Assembly (NCBI GenBank): GCA_965205835.1 | Contig: OZ242182.1 | Span: forward strand, 1,532,226-1,596,225 | DNA: 64,000 bases | Direction of reading: 5' to 3' | Source: Nitrospinales bacterium | GTDB taxonomy: Bacteria; Nitrospinota; Nitrospinia; Nitrospinales; VA-1 | In this document: positions 20,248-30,977 of the stretch, in pieces | Numbering within the stretch: position 1 is the first letter of the stretch | Layout of the letters: every line of letters starts with the position of its first letter | Translations under genes and position numbers: made by a program | Notes under the pieces: model-generated | What the model was told of the DNA's origin: nothing | Database searches by the model: none | Seen by the model: the letters and a program-made list of their open reading frames with translations, nothing else

Positions 20248-23200
20248 TCAAGTAACCGTAGGTGCAGAACCCGGGTCCGTTTGGAGCGAATCTTTAACGA
20301 GGTCTTCTTTGCGAGTGTGAAATCCCATATCGATCAACAGGGATATCAGCACAGGAACCAGGAAAAGGGTAAACAGGGTGGAAATGCTCAATCCGCCGAG
20401 CAGGGCAGTGCCCATGCCCCGGTAAAGTTCAGTGCCGGCACCTTCACCGAATGCCAAGGGGACCATGCCGAACAAGCTGGAGATGACAGTCATCATGATG
20501 GGTCTTAACCGTGTCTGGCAGGAAACGAGAAGGGCCTCGCGTTCCTCCATACCCAATTTAATATTGTTGAGCATTTGATGCACAATGAGGATGGCGTTAT
20601 TAACCACAATGCCGGCGAGGATGACAATCCCCAATTGAGTCAAAATGTCAAAGGTGACCCAGTTCCAGTCATCAGCCATGGCCTGCGCATTAGACACGTT
20701 CCACTCATTGAGGATTTCAAGAATATTCCCACGCTGGTACCAGTTGTTCCAGGCGATTCCGAGAAAGGAGCCAGAAACAGCCAACATCACCGTCAGCATA
20801 ACAATGAACGGTCTGAGAAAAGAGGAAAAGAGGGCCACAAGAAGCAGGTAGATGAACCCCAGCGCATAAGCAAAACTGTCCATCAGTGATTTTTCAGTGG
20901 AGGCCAGTTCATCCGCCGAGCCTCCAATACGCAGTCCGAATTCCGGACCGAGGTTTGCTCTCGCGCCTGCCAATACTTTCTGATCAACCCGGTCGATGAC
21001 CAACTGCATGGCCACATCTTTTCTCACCTGCACGCGAAGCTTGATCGCGCGTTCAGTTCCAATATGGTCGATACGCGCAGGGCCTGCGTCGATTTCCACA
21101 TCCACCAGATGTCCGAGATGGGTCATCATACCTTCTTCGGTCCACACAGGCAGGGAACGATAGTCTTCCAGTCCTAGTTTACTGGCGTCTTTCTTTTGCA
21201 CCAGAACAAAGTCGATGGGTTCACCTTGATCGTTGAACTCGCCCAAGTATTTGCCGGCATTGAGTGACTCGATAATATCCCCGATCTCCTGCATACCCAT
21301 GTCCAACCGGGCCGCGTCTTCACGCCGGGGAATAAACCGCAGCTCCGGGTTGCCGAACTTGAACTCTGGCCTCACTGAGTGGACACCAGCAATGCCGGAA
21401 ATCTGCCCGATCAAATCCAGTGCATTGGATTTCAGTTTCAACATATCCGGCCCGGTAATTTCGACTTCAAAAGTCTTGCTGGCTGACCGGAAAATAGGTC
21501 TCTGCATGGCAAAGGCAAACCTGTAACCAGGAATGCGGAAAATTTCCCGTCCCATTTCCCCTGACTTGACTGCCATTTTTACTTCGCCGCGCTGGCCTGC
21601 CGCCAGCTCCTTTTCAATGATGGCACCGCCCCCATTAAAGCGAGATGAAAACACAAGAAAGTTGCGATTGACATCTTCCATTGCGACAATCTTTTTTTCA
21701 TAATCGGCTATGTAGCGCATATTCGTTTCAACGGGTGTTCCCGCCACGGGTTCGATGAGCATGAAAACCATATTATTGTTGCCGTAGGGCAGATAATCCT
21801 TTGCTGGCAGAGTTTGACCACTGTACCACAACATCCACCCCACACCGGCGATGACAAAAACTCTGAAAAGAATACTTACAGGAGAATGACGCAGTATCCA
21901 TTTCATAGTACCGGAGTAGATATCACCGACCTTCCTTCCAATCAGGACGAGCGGCTTGAACAGAGTGCGGTGGAAAAAACCTGGTCGGTATTCCTCCCCT
22001 GGCTCAAGACGGATCAATAACGTGGCCAAGGTTGGAATGACGGTGATGGATACCAACAAAGATAAAGCGATGCTGGCACTGATGGTGATGGCGATGTCGC
22101 GGAACATCTGCCCCGCCTCTTCCTGAATGAACACGATGGGAATAAAAACCGCCAGCGTCGTTAGCGTTGAAGCAAGAACCGCTCCCCAAACCTCTGAAGT
22201 ACCATCGTAGGCGGCCTTGAACACTCCCTTTCTCATTGTGAGGTGACGATAAATATTTTCCAGCACCACAATCGAGTTGTCGACCACCATGCCGACAGCG
22301 AAAGCCATACCTGCAAGCGAAATAATATTAATGCTTCGCCCTAGAAGCTTAAGAACGATGAATACCAAGACCAGGCTCACAGGAATGCTGATCGCGACAA
22401 TGAGCAATGACCGCGCAGATCCTAAAAACACCAGCAAGACAGCCACAGCAAGCAGCGCCCCTAACCCAAGATTGGCTTTCACCAGTCGCATGGCCTCGTC
22501 GATATAGTCCACATCTTTGTAAACGATTTTCAACTGTAGCGGGATGCCCCGGTTCAACAATTCCTGATTCAGTTCCTCTACTTTTTTGGCAGTCAGGTTG
22601 CAGGTTTCCACCACATTGGCCCCGGCTTTGCGAATCACTCCGAAAGCGTTGGACAGGTTGCCGCTGATGCGGACCAGGGAACTGGTTCGTTGATAGCCGT
22701 CCACCACCGTGGCAAAATCTTTCACCTTGATGGTTTTGTCGCCATCGCGCTTGATGACCGTATCCAAGATATCCCGCGGATTGAGAAACTCTCCCAGAGC
22801 GCGGACGGTGTAGGACCGGTTGGCTTCGTCGTGAAATCCCGCACGGGTGTTCTGGTTTTCTTCCGATAGCTGGTCTATCACCTCCTTGTATGTCACACGC
22901 AGACGCGCCATACTATAAGGGTCAAACTCGACCCGCATTTCCCGGTCTTCCCCACCGAAGTGCCAAACATCGGCAATGCCCTTCACCCGCCTGAGGACAG
23001 GGATAATGATATCTTCGCCGATCTTGTACATATAATTCTGATTGAGGTCGGGCATCTTCTCATTGGGCTTGTCGAAAACGATCCACATGATAGGACTGGA
23101 GTTGTCGCTCGAAATAGATCGTAGGGTCGGTTTGTCGGAATTGACCGGCAGGTCTTTAACCTGTTGAAGCTTGTTGTTGACATCGAGCACCGCCAGGTTT

Positions 23201-23502
23201 TTATCGATGCCCCATTCAAACTCCAGATTGATCGTGCTCAATCCGTGCTGACTGGTGGAAGTCATCTTTTTCATACCCTCCACCGATTCGAGTTGGTCTT
23301 CCAACCGACGCGTGATATTGCGTTCCACTTCATCAGGGGAAAGGCCCAAATATTGAGTCTTGACCTCAATCTCCGGTTTGTCAACGGTGGGGGCCAGCTG
23401 CCTGGGCAGAGTCTGAAAACATAAGATACCCGCTACCAGGGCCATAACAATGATCACCATCACCGTGTGGTAGTTTCGGATGGACTGATCAATGAGTTTC
23501 AT
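20248..23502 (-). CDS. RND efflux transporter permease (AcrB/HAE family)
   Basis: The protein is 1084 aa with twelve TM segments and two large periplasmic loops. It shows typical AcrB-family segments (AGMAFAVGMVVDNSIVVLENI; RLRPIMMTVISSLFGMVPLA). Confidence 0.95.
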   Translation of the reverse strand: MKLIDQSIRNYHTVMVIIVMALVAGILCFQTLPRQLAPTVDKPEIEVKTQYLGLSPDEVERNITRRLEDQLESVEGMKKMTSTSQHGLSTINLEFEWGIDKNLAVLDVNNKLQQVKDLPVNSDKPTLRSISSDNSSPIMWIVFDKPNEKMPDLNQNYMYKIGEDIIIPVLRRVKGIADVWHFGGEDREMRVEFDPYSMARLRVTYKEVIDQLSEENQNTRAGFHDEANRSYTVRALGEFLNPRDILDTVIKRDGDKTIKVKDFATVVDGYQRTSSLVRISGNLSNAFGVIRKAGANVVETCNLTAKKVEELNQELLNRGIPLQLKIVYKDVDYIDEAMRLVKANLGLGALLAVAVLLVFLGSARSLLIVAISIPVSLVLVFIVLKLLGRSINIISLAGMAFAVGMVVDNSIVVLENIYRHLTMRKGVFKAAYDGTSEVWGAVLASTLTTLAVFIPIVFIQEEAGQMFRDIAITISASIALSLLVSITVIPTLATLLIRLEPGEEYRPGFFHRTLFKPLVLIGRKVGDIYSGTMKWILRHSPVSILFRVFVIAGVGWMLWYSGQTLPAKDYLPYGNNNMVFMLIEPVAGTPVETNMRYIADYEKKIVAMEDVNRNFLVFSSRFNGGGAIIEKELAAGQRGEVKMAVKSGEMGREIFRIPGYRFAFAMQRPIFRSASKTFEVEITGPDMLKLKSNALDLIGQISGIAGVHSVRPEFKFGNPELRFIPRREDAARLDMGMQEIGDIIESLNAGKYLGEFNDQGEPIDFVLVQKKDASKLGLEDYRSLPVWTEEGMMTHLGHLVDVEIDAGPARIDHIGTERAIKLRVQVRKDVAMQLVIDRVDQKVLAGARANLGPEFGLRIGGSADELASTEKSLMDSFAYALGFIYLLLVALFSSFLRPFIVMLTVMLAVSGSFLGIAWNNWYQRGNILEILNEWNVSNAQAMADDWNWVTFDILTQLGIVILAGIVVNNAILIVHQMLNNIKLGMEEREALLVSCQTRLRPIMMTVISSLFGMVPLAFGEGAGTELYRGMGTALLGGLSISTLFTLFLVPVLISLLIDMGFHTRKEDLVKDSLQTDPGSAPTVT

Positions 23503-24866
23503 CAGGTCTCCGAGGTGTCAGGTGATTTTTTTTTATCTGCCGAGTTGAACGGAGTTTTCGTTTTTGGTTCCGGATTGGTCAAAAATACTTTCGCACCCGG
23601 GAATACCGCGCCGGAACCACGCAGGATGAGATCGGCTTCCGGCCCAAGCTGATGAGTGAAATCCTCGATCTCCACAAAATCATTCTGCTCCTTGAAAGCC
23701 CTGACCGGAACGAGATGGGCGTGACTGTCTTTGACGACATAAACAACGGTGCCTTTCTCGCCAATGACCAGAGATACCGCTGGCACATGCAACACATTTT
23801 TACGAATACCAAAACTCAAGATGCTTTCCAGTGTCAGTCCTGGAAACAGAGAAGGGTCGGGGTCAGGCAAGTCGATTTGCACTTTGATATTGCCGGAATA
23901 AATGTTCGCGTCGGGAATGACCCGGATGAGCCGCGCCAGGTTTCTGTGATGCTCAAACTTCAAGCCCAGTTCCCGCGCCAGAAATCCCGCTCTTTTGAGC
24001 TTTTTCAATTTATTCCTGTAACTCTGCGGCATTTCCAGAACCGCCTTCAGGCGAGAGGAACCAATCATTCTCACGACAGGGGTTCCCGCCTCGGCAAAAG
24101 TGCCCTGCTCAATTTCCTTGGCTATGATGATGCCTTCGAAAGGAGCCTCGATATTTACTTTTGAAAGATCCAGTTGGGCGACGGCAACCTGTTTACGGAT
24201 CGACTGCATTTCCGATTCCAGCTTTTCAATATCCTCACTGCGCCCTTTCATCCCGGCAGCCATTTCCGCTTTCCTGGCCTTCAAAAACTCATCGGCCTGA
24301 CGAACCTTGTCTCTGGCCATGTCGAGTTCCGATTGCGGCATCACTTTTTCCGTTACCAATTTTTCGGCACGGGTCAATTCTATATGGGTCAGGTTCAGGG
24401 TGCTCTCGGCGGCATGCATTCTGGCTTTCAGCCTTTGCTTATCCTCCGTGCGCAACCCTTCCCGGGCTTTCTGATATTCCTTTTGAACGGAGGAGAGGTC
24501 GGCCCGCAACCTTTCGTAGACCAGTTCATATTCTCTCGAATCGATCTGCGCCAGCAAATCCCCGGCCTTCACCTTCATCCCCTCCTCCACCGCGATCCGG
24601 GTAATTTTCCCCCGGACTTCCGCATTGACCATCACTCTCTTTTCAGCCTCGATATTTCCTACCGCACGCACTTCATCCGCCACATCCATGTACACGATTT
24701 TTCCGAACTGGACCGGGAGCGCAAATTCCTTCTTCTTAACCTGCGAGGCATTGTCTTCGGAGGAAGAGCACGAGACCAATAGAAGAGTCAATAAGACGAG
24801 TGGGAAAACAGGCTGCTTTAATCTGTGAAACGAAGTTCTGATATAATCCGCCTCTAAACAGGGCAT
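23502..24866 (-). CDS. RND efflux periplasmic adaptor (MFP/HlyD family) lipoprotein
   Basis: The lipobox LLVSC is followed by a biotinyl-lipoyl-like hairpin, a long coiled coil and a beta-barrel, giving the usual MFP layout. The stop overlaps the start of the RND pump gene. No outer-membrane factor gene is adjacent. Confidence 0.9.
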   Translation of the reverse strand: MPCLEADYIRTSFHRLKQPVFPLVLLTLLLVSCSSSEDNASQVKKKEFALPVQFGKIVYMDVADEVRAVGNIEAEKRVMVNAEVRGKITRIAVEEGMKVKAGDLLAQIDSREYELVYERLRADLSSVQKEYQKAREGLRTEDKQRLKARMHAAESTLNLTHIELTRAEKLVTEKVMPQSELDMARDKVRQADEFLKARKAEMAAGMKGRSEDIEKLESEMQSIRKQVAVAQLDLSKVNIEAPFEGIIIAKEIEQGTFAEAGTPVVRMIGSSRLKAVLEMPQSYRNKLKKLKRAGFLARELGLKFEHHRNLARLIRVIPDANIYSGNIKVQIDLPDPDPSLFPGLTLESILSFGIRKNVLHVPAVSLVIGEKGTVVYVVKDSHAHLVPVRAFKEQNDFVEIEDFTHQLGPEADLILRGSGAVFPGAKVFLTNPEPKTKTPFNSADKKKSPDTSET

Positions 24867-24926
24867 TGTTAAAAGTAAATCTTTAAATTATTATCCTATA
24901 GAACTCATCGAAGGTTTTCAACATTC

Positions 24927-25817
24927 ATGGGCCATTCCCCAACACAAAACTATCCTCGGTTTGACTACCAGTTACTCGACACCGGCTCATTCCAGAAGCT
25001 CGAACAGTTCGGCCCACACCGTTTCATTCGTCCCGCACCCCAGGCCATCTGGCCCAAATCCCTTTCTCCCAAAGAATGGGAAAGGGCGGAAGGAGAATAC
25101 AAATATTTTAAAGGTAAAGATATAGGGGGTGAATGGAAGTTTTTCGCCCCACTCCCTGAGGATGGATGGACCATTCAATTCCATAACCTTGTATTTAAAG
25201 TTCAACCCACAGGATTCGGACATATCGGGGTCTTCCCCGAACAGGCCATCAACTGGCTATGGATCATGGATCAGCTTAACAGCAGAAAAATACAAGTACT
25301 TAATGTTTTTGGCTACACCGGTGCCAGCACCATTGCGGCGGTCTCTGCCGGGGCTCATGTCACCCATATTGACGCCTCCAAGGCCTCGGTCACCTGGGCC
25401 CGGCGCAATCTCGAGCTTTCCGGGCTGGGAGACCGTCCAGTACGCTGGATTGTCGATGATGCCATGAAATATATGCAGAGAGAACACCGGCGCGGCAAGA
25501 AATATGATGCCATTATCATGGACCCTCCCTCGTTCGGCAGAGGGCCTAAAGGCGAAGTCTGGAACATTGAAAATATGCTATCCAAATTCATGGAAGCCTG
25601 CCAGAACATCCTCAATGATTCTCCGGCATTTTTGCTGTTCACCACGCACTCTCCCGGATTCTCCGCCCTCACCCTCGAAAACATGATGCGGACTTATTTC
25701 CCGTCACACAAGACCGGGAGTTTCGAGACGGGAGAAATGTTCATCCCCGACCGGTCATCCGGACTCAATCTGCCCAACGGTTTCTTCGCCCGGTGGGTGG
25801 CTAACAACCACGGGTAA
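24927..25817 (+). CDS. Class I SAM-dependent methyltransferase (RlmI/RlmK-like rRNA methyltransferase domain family)
   Basis: VLNVFGYTGASTIAAVSAGAHVTHIDASKASVTWARRNLELSGL ... YDAIIMDPPSFGRGPKGEVW shows the SAM-binding motif and the DPPSF motif. Confidence 0.75.
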   Translation: MGHSPTQNYPRFDYQLLDTGSFQKLEQFGPHRFIRPAPQAIWPKSLSPKEWERAEGEYKYFKGKDIGGEWKFFAPLPEDGWTIQFHNLVFKVQPTGFGHIGVFPEQAINWLWIMDQLNSRKIQVLNVFGYTGASTIAAVSAGAHVTHIDASKASVTWARRNLELSGLGDRPVRWIVDDAMKYMQREHRRGKKYDAIIMDPPSFGRGPKGEVWNIENMLSKFMEACQNILNDSPAFLLFTTHSPGFSALTLENMMRTYFPSHKTGSFETGEMFIPDRSSGLNLPNGFFARWVANNHG

Positions 25818-26186
25818 ATGACCATGGCAACACCTCATATCGATAAACCAAAGTCTCTTGGCAAAGAGGCGGTTCGTTTGGACCGTTTCTCAATGCTCCA
25901 GAATGAACATGCTTCTTCACTAACAAGTCCTATTTAAAAATTGCACAGAGAAAGAAATTTTGTTGATGAAGTCCCATATTTTGACCCATTCGACGGTGGT
26001 GGCATATTTGCCAAAGTTCTTTTTATCCTTGAAGCTCCTGGAGCAAAAGCGGTGAAAAGTGGCTTTGTTTCCCGCAACAACCCCGATGAAACCGCTAAGA
26101 ACATGTTTAACCTCCTGAATGAAGCAGCATTCGAAAGAAGTGGTACCATGCTTTGGAATATTGTTCCCTGGCACGTAGGAATGTGA
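25818..26186 (+). pseudogene. Uracil-DNA-glycosylase-superfamily gene remnant
   Basis: The ATG at 25818 opens MTMATPHIDKPKSLGKEAVRLDRF...SLTSPI, which ends at an in-frame TAA (25935-25937). The same frame then continues VPYFDPFDGGGIFAKVLFILEAPGAKAVKSGFVSRNNPDETAKNMFNLLNEAAFERSGTMLWNIVPW. This carries a GEAPG-like motif (LEAPG). It terminates at 26186, far short of the roughly 200 aa expected. Confidence 0.55.
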
Positions 26187-26258
26187 TATTAAATACCAAC
26201 GACTAGGTAATCGGTCATACACTCGCAAATTATTGGCTAAAACTTTGGAGCTTCAAGA

Positions 26259-27782
26259 TTGTCTTTTTACCAATACCTGAAAGCGCATGCGAAAAAGGAC
26301 CCGTCCTATCCAGCGATTATCGAGGGAGACACCGCCTTGAACTATGGCGATTTTGTTTCCCAGATCGAACGGTTCGCCAGTGCTTTATCCAAACTCGAAC
26401 TAGGTGCCAACAGCAAGATCGGCCTGTTGTGCCTGAATCAGAAAGAATACCTCATTGCTTTTTTTGCCGCGCTGCTTAAAAGCGTTCCTGTTATCCCTTT
26501 CAACTTCATGCTGAAACCGGAAGACATGGTCTACATCACAAGGGATGCTGGAATCGATACTCTGGTGGTCGACTCAGCATTTGTCAAACCCGAAGTCACA
26601 CCCTTTTTCAAGTTCTTTGCCAACAAAATCCTTGTGGGTCCGGCTGACCCAGGACAAGTGGGAGACGGAACTCTGAAATGGGATGAATTCATAGCCATGG
26701 CCGACCCCAGTGATGCTCTAACGAAACATAAAAGAGGCGAAAACCTCCCTGACATCATCCTCTACACCTCCGGCACCACCGCCAAACCCAAAGGGGTCAT
26801 GTTGGAAGAAAACCAGTTCGACATCAACTGCAGTGGGTTTCTAGAACATCTGCAATTTGTCCCGGAAGACAAGGTGATCGTCGCCCTGCCACTGTTTCAT
26901 TCGTTCGGCAATATCATGGTGCTGGTATTATTGCGTTCGGGAGCCACCCTTATTTTACTCAAACAGTTTCAACCCAAGACCATATTGGAATCTATCGCCC
27001 AGCATAAAGCCACCATCCTGCCATTGGTACCGACTATTTATTCATTCTTGGTGCAACTTTATGCACGTGGAGGATATGACGTTTCGTCCTTGCGCTACTG
27101 CATCTCCGGCGGCGCGTCTTTGCCCGAAGCCCTGCTGAAAAAAGTGGAAGACGGATTGGGTGTCACCGTCATCGAAGGTTATGGATTGACCGAGACTTCG
27201 CCGGTGATCGCCGTGAACACGATGAAAGACGGCAGTGTACCCGGATCGGTCGGACCCGTCCTTCCCAATGTCGAGCTGGAAATTGTCGATGATGCCGGGA
27301 AGCCGGTTAAGCAGGGAGAAGTCGGCGAAATTCGCGTGCGCGGCCAAACGGTAATGAGAGGTTATTGGAACAAGCCTGACGAAACAGCCCAAACCATTTC
27401 AACCGATGGCTGGCTTAGAACCGGGGACCTGGGTCATCTCGATGAAAAAGGTCGACTATTTATTTCTGTCGGAAGAATCAAAGACCTCATCATTCGTGCC
27501 GGGGAAAACGTTTCACCCCTGGCAATTGAAAACACATTGATGAGTCATCCTAACATTGTCGAAGTGGCGGCGGTGGGCATTGCCGATGAACGGGTGGGAG
27601 AAAAAGTAAAAGTGTTTGCCGTTTTGCGTGAGGGGACTCAAGCCACCGAGCAGGAACTGAAAGAACTGTGCCGGGAGAAATTGCCCGCCTTCATGATCCC
27701 CGACCTGTTTCAGTTTATGGAGTCGCTGCCAAAAACCGCAACCGGAAAAATTTTAAAGTCGGACTTGAGAAAGATTAAATAA
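26259..27782 (+). CDS. Long-chain fatty acid-CoA ligase (AMP-binding enzyme)
   Basis: The AMP-binding motif is YTSGTTAKPKGV. GYGLTETSP, TGDLG and PKTATGKILK are also present. The length is 507 aa. Confidence 0.9.
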   Translation: MSFYQYLKAHAKKDPSYPAIIEGDTALNYGDFVSQIERFASALSKLELGANSKIGLLCLNQKEYLIAFFAALLKSVPVIPFNFMLKPEDMVYITRDAGIDTLVVDSAFVKPEVTPFFKFFANKILVGPADPGQVGDGTLKWDEFIAMADPSDALTKHKRGENLPDIILYTSGTTAKPKGVMLEENQFDINCSGFLEHLQFVPEDKVIVALPLFHSFGNIMVLVLLRSGATLILLKQFQPKTILESIAQHKATILPLVPTIYSFLVQLYARGGYDVSSLRYCISGGASLPEALLKKVEDGLGVTVIEGYGLTETSPVIAVNTMKDGSVPGSVGPVLPNVELEIVDDAGKPVKQGEVGEIRVRGQTVMRGYWNKPDETAQTISTDGWLRTGDLGHLDEKGRLFISVGRIKDLIIRAGENVSPLAIENTLMSHPNIVEVAAVGIADERVGEKVKVFAVLREGTQATEQELKELCREKLPAFMIPDLFQFMESLPKTATGKILKSDLRKIK

Positions 27783-27941
27783 TCCGGCGACAAACTGGCT
27801 CCATATCTACTCCTACGGCCACGCCATTCGCGATAATGGCCTAGCCAACCTCCATCTTAGTGAAGAGGAAGAGAGGACTTTTTTTGCGATTTGGTAGCTC
27901 TGGAGCGAAGCGAACGTCTGCCACCCGCTACCACTGGTCGG

Positions 27942-29231
27942 TTAGCGGGCGCAGCGGAAACCGAAACCTTCAATACGATAATCGGTTTGAAATTCTTTTC
28001 GTGAAGAAGACCGCTGGCTGGCCGGACCAGTTTCCCAGGCTCCACCGCGAAGGACTTTTTCATTCCCTCCGCCCCGTCGGTCTGTCGGGTTTAATCGCTG
28101 GGGTCCTTGTGGGTTGTCTCTCGGGCTACTCGAATAATATCTCTGCTCAAACCAGTCCGCCACCCATTCGTGGACGTTTCCTGCCATGTCATGCAGTCCA
28201 AACGGATTAGCCGGGAACGAACCTACCGGCGCTGTGTTGGGAAACCCATCGGACAGGTCTTTGGCCCGGATGTTCAGACCACAGGTGCTGTCGCAGAAAT
28301 TAGATTTGGAGGCATCGAACTCATCGCCCCAGTAATAGGCCGTATCGGTTCCACCGCGCGCGGCATACTCCCATTCCGCTTCGGTCGGCAGGCGTTTGTC
28401 GGACTTGTGGCAGAATTCCTCGGCTTCGTGCCAAGTCACCATTTCAACCGGTCGATCTGCGGCTTTAAAGCGGGAAGGGTTGTGTCCCATTGTCGCCTGA
28501 AATGCGCTTTGATTGACTTCGTATTTGTCCATTTTAAATGGTTTTAAGCAGACTGCATGAATCGGTCTTTCTGACGGAGCACCCTTTTCGCTGCCCATTT
28601 TAAAACAACCGCCTTTAAGCTCAACCATTTCGGCTGGGCCAGACGACCCGGCCCTGGCGATCAATTTGTCGGTGATCTTGCCCTGCAGTTCTCGAACCGC
28701 CTCATATACTCGGTTGGGAACGCCTTGGTATTGGATACGGGCATTGCTGTGAGGGATGAGTTCCATTTTGCCCGTCTTCATGTTGAACAGCCGATAATGC
28801 GGGACGGGTTTCGTAGCTTTCCCATCGACGTAATTTCGCATATTATTTCTACCACTGTCAGGAGTGATGACACTTTCGTCAACAATTTCTGCTTCAAACG
28901 GTTCAGGGTCTCCCTCAACCGTAACAATGACAGTATTACGGTTGGTCACTTTCATGGCCAGAATTCGGCGGGTCAAATCGTCCGCCTCTTCAAATTTTTC
29001 CAGCCGGAATTTGACATCGGCCAGAGAACGCATGATGCGCCAACTTTCCGGATCCATTCTAAGAGCGGTAGCATAATGCTCTTCGGCTACCCGAATTTCG
29101 CCCTGGGCCAGCTTAGCGTCCCCCTTGAGTGTTTCATCGGCCACGCCCGCAATCCCAAAAACCGGGAACAGAAAAAAGCTTAAGACCCATAAACAAACTG
29201 TATTTTTAAAAAATAAAAAAGGGGCACCCAT
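27942..29231 (-). CDS. Formylglycine-generating-enzyme (SUMF1/EgtB/PvdO) family protein with signal peptide and TPR-like N-terminal region
   Basis: The C-terminal domain reads VTWHEAEEFC ... RLPTEAEWEYAARGG ... GLHDMAGNVHEWVADW ... VLRGGAW ... GFRCAR. The N-terminus is hydrophobic. Confidence 0.85.
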   Translation of the reverse strand: MGAPFLFFKNTVCLWVLSFFLFPVFGIAGVADETLKGDAKLAQGEIRVAEEHYATALRMDPESWRIMRSLADVKFRLEKFEEADDLTRRILAMKVTNRNTVIVTVEGDPEPFEAEIVDESVITPDSGRNNMRNYVDGKATKPVPHYRLFNMKTGKMELIPHSNARIQYQGVPNRVYEAVRELQGKITDKLIARAGSSGPAEMVELKGGCFKMGSEKGAPSERPIHAVCLKPFKMDKYEVNQSAFQATMGHNPSRFKAADRPVEMVTWHEAEEFCHKSDKRLPTEAEWEYAARGGTDTAYYWGDEFDASKSNFCDSTCGLNIRAKDLSDGFPNTAPVGSFPANPFGLHDMAGNVHEWVADWFEQRYYSSSPRDNPQGPQRLNPTDRRGGGNEKVLRGGAWETGPASQRSSSRKEFQTDYRIEGFGFRCAR

Positions 29232-29551
29232 TGTTTGGCTCCTGTTGTGGAAAATTGAAATTCAATGAGAGGCTATTATAACAGCGGAGGGGTCCCAATC
29301 CAAATCAGTAATTTTGATGGGCCTTATTTTGTGGTTTTTTTCTGCCTAACAGGAGACTTCTTGCTACTTTCCTTGCTTTCGTTCTGGACTTTGTTGTCCT
29401 GTTTAGATTTTTGTTTTTTCAGATCTCCCCATCCCGAATCCACCTTTTTCTTTTTATTATGTCGGTCTCTTCGGGGAAAATAATCAATCTCGTCAATCAT
29501 AGCTTGTTTGGCATTTTAAGGGTTTTGGATTTAACCTAGTCAGCCACTGGA

Positions 29552-29767
29552 TTATAAAACAAAACCTGCATTTTTTGCCAAGTGTATAAATTCCCAATCA
29601 CGGAGCCCTTGCTCAAGACCATCCATGGAGCCATTTGTGCTGGCATTATCCACCACCAAGAGCCTGGTTGAAGGCAAAGCCTGACCCCTAAAATTTTGCA
29701 AACATTTTTCCAGGTACCGGCCTGAGTTCCAATCAACAACGACTGCAATGGAAGGAGAGTGCGCCAC
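29552..29767 (-). pseudogene. GT2 glycosyltransferase N-terminal fragment
   Basis: SIAVVVDWNSGRYLEKCLQNFRGQALPSTRLLVVDNASTNGSMDGL...FIHLAKNAGF is the first ~70 aa of a family-2 glycosyltransferase (VVDNAS-DGS motif). A stop follows and no continuation is recognisable. Confidence 0.6.
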
Positions 29768-29909
29768 AATCCTGAATTACTTAAAACAATGTTTTTTATC
29801 AGTTGCGTTAGCTTGAATATATAGGTTCAACCACTTATACTTCTCAGAGATAGTCGAAGCGTTTCCCGCAAACCTTGGTTTTATCACCTTCCAACAGATT
29901 TTCACAGAA

Positions 29910-30965
29910 ATGAAAACATTTTTTGTTACGGGTGGTGCCGGTTTTATCGGTGGAAACTTTATACTGAACCTGATGAAAACCAGGCAGGTAAAAATAATCA
30001 ATTATGACAAACTGACCTATGCGGGAAATCTCGACACTCTGGCATCAGTAGAAGGTGACAGTAATTATGAGTTTGTACGGGGTGATATCTGCGACAAAAG
30101 CAAACTAAGAGCATTATTTGGAGGACATGAAATCGATGCAGTGGTTCATTTTGCCGCCGAATCGCATGTTGACCGATCCATTGAAACACCGGGAGACTTC
30201 ATTCAAACTAACGTAGTGGGAACCTTTAAACTTCTGGAAACCGCCTGTGAGTACTGGCAAGGATTAAATAAAACTAACAATTTCAGGTTTCTGCATATTT
30301 CTACCGATGAGGTTTATGGCTCTTTGGGAAAAACCGGCTTGTTTACGGAAGAAACCGCATACGCTCCGAACTCGCCGTATGCCGCATCCAAAGCCTCCTC
30401 CGACCATCTTGTGAGAGCTTATCACAAAACATTTAACCTTCCGACACTGACCACGAATTGTTCCAACAACTATGGGCCGTACCAGTTTCCCGAAAAACTT
30501 TTACCATTGATGATTCATGACGCGCTTGAGGGGAAACCTCTTCCCATATACGGAGATGGACAACAGATAAGAGATTGGCTGTATGTTGAAGATCATTGCC
30601 GGGCCATTCTCGAAGTTTTGGAAAAAGGAACCGTGGGGCAGGTTTATAATATTGGCGGACATAATGAAAAAACCAATCTGGACGTTGTCCGGGCTCTATG
30701 CGGTATTTTAGATGAAAAGGTACCGAATTCTCCACACCGACCGCATAAAAATCTGATCAGTTTTGTCGAGGACCGCCCTGGACATGACCGGCGTTATGCC
30801 ATTGACGCAAGCAAGATTCAAAATCAACTGGGCTGGGTTCCCAAGGAATCCTTTGAAACCGGTTTAAGAAAAACTGTGAGCTGGTATTTGGACAATCCGG
30901 ACTGGACAAACAGGGTCATGTCCGGCACCTGCAAAGGGGAACGTTTGGGCCTTGAAAAATCCTGA
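29910..30965 (+). CDS. rfbB: dTDP-glucose 4,6-dehydratase
   Basis: [12 protein letters not shown] ... [12 protein letters not shown] ... [15 protein letters not shown] ... [15 protein letters not shown] over 351 aa. Confidence 0.95.
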   Translation: MKTFFVTGGAGFIGGNFILNLMKTRQVKIINYDKLTYAGNLDTLASVEGDSNYEFVRGDICDKSKLRALFGGHEIDAVVHFAAESHVDRSIETPGDFIQTNVVGTFKLLETACEYWQGLNKTNNFRFLHISTDEVYGSLGKTGLFTEETAYAPNSPYAASKASSDHLVRAYHKTFNLPTLTTNCSNNYGPYQFPEKLLPLMIHDALEGKPLPIYGDGQQIRDWLYVEDHCRAILEVLEKGTVGQVYNIGGHNEKTNLDVVRALCGILDEKVPNSPHRPHKNLISFVEDRPGHDRRYAIDASKIQNQLGWVPKESFETGLRKTVSWYLDNPDWTNRVMSGTCKGERLGLEKS

Positions 30966-30977
30966 AGAACATTCAAT

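Noticed and set aside
27942-29231. The FGE/C-type-lectin-fold protein as a diversity-generating-retroelement target
   Set aside because: No reverse transcriptase gene is present. I found no template-repeat copy of its 3' end anywhere in the window.
29770-29909. A JUMPstart/ops (GGCGGTAG) element upstream of rfbB
   Set aside because: No ops-like sequence is present in the 140 nt upstream of rfbB.
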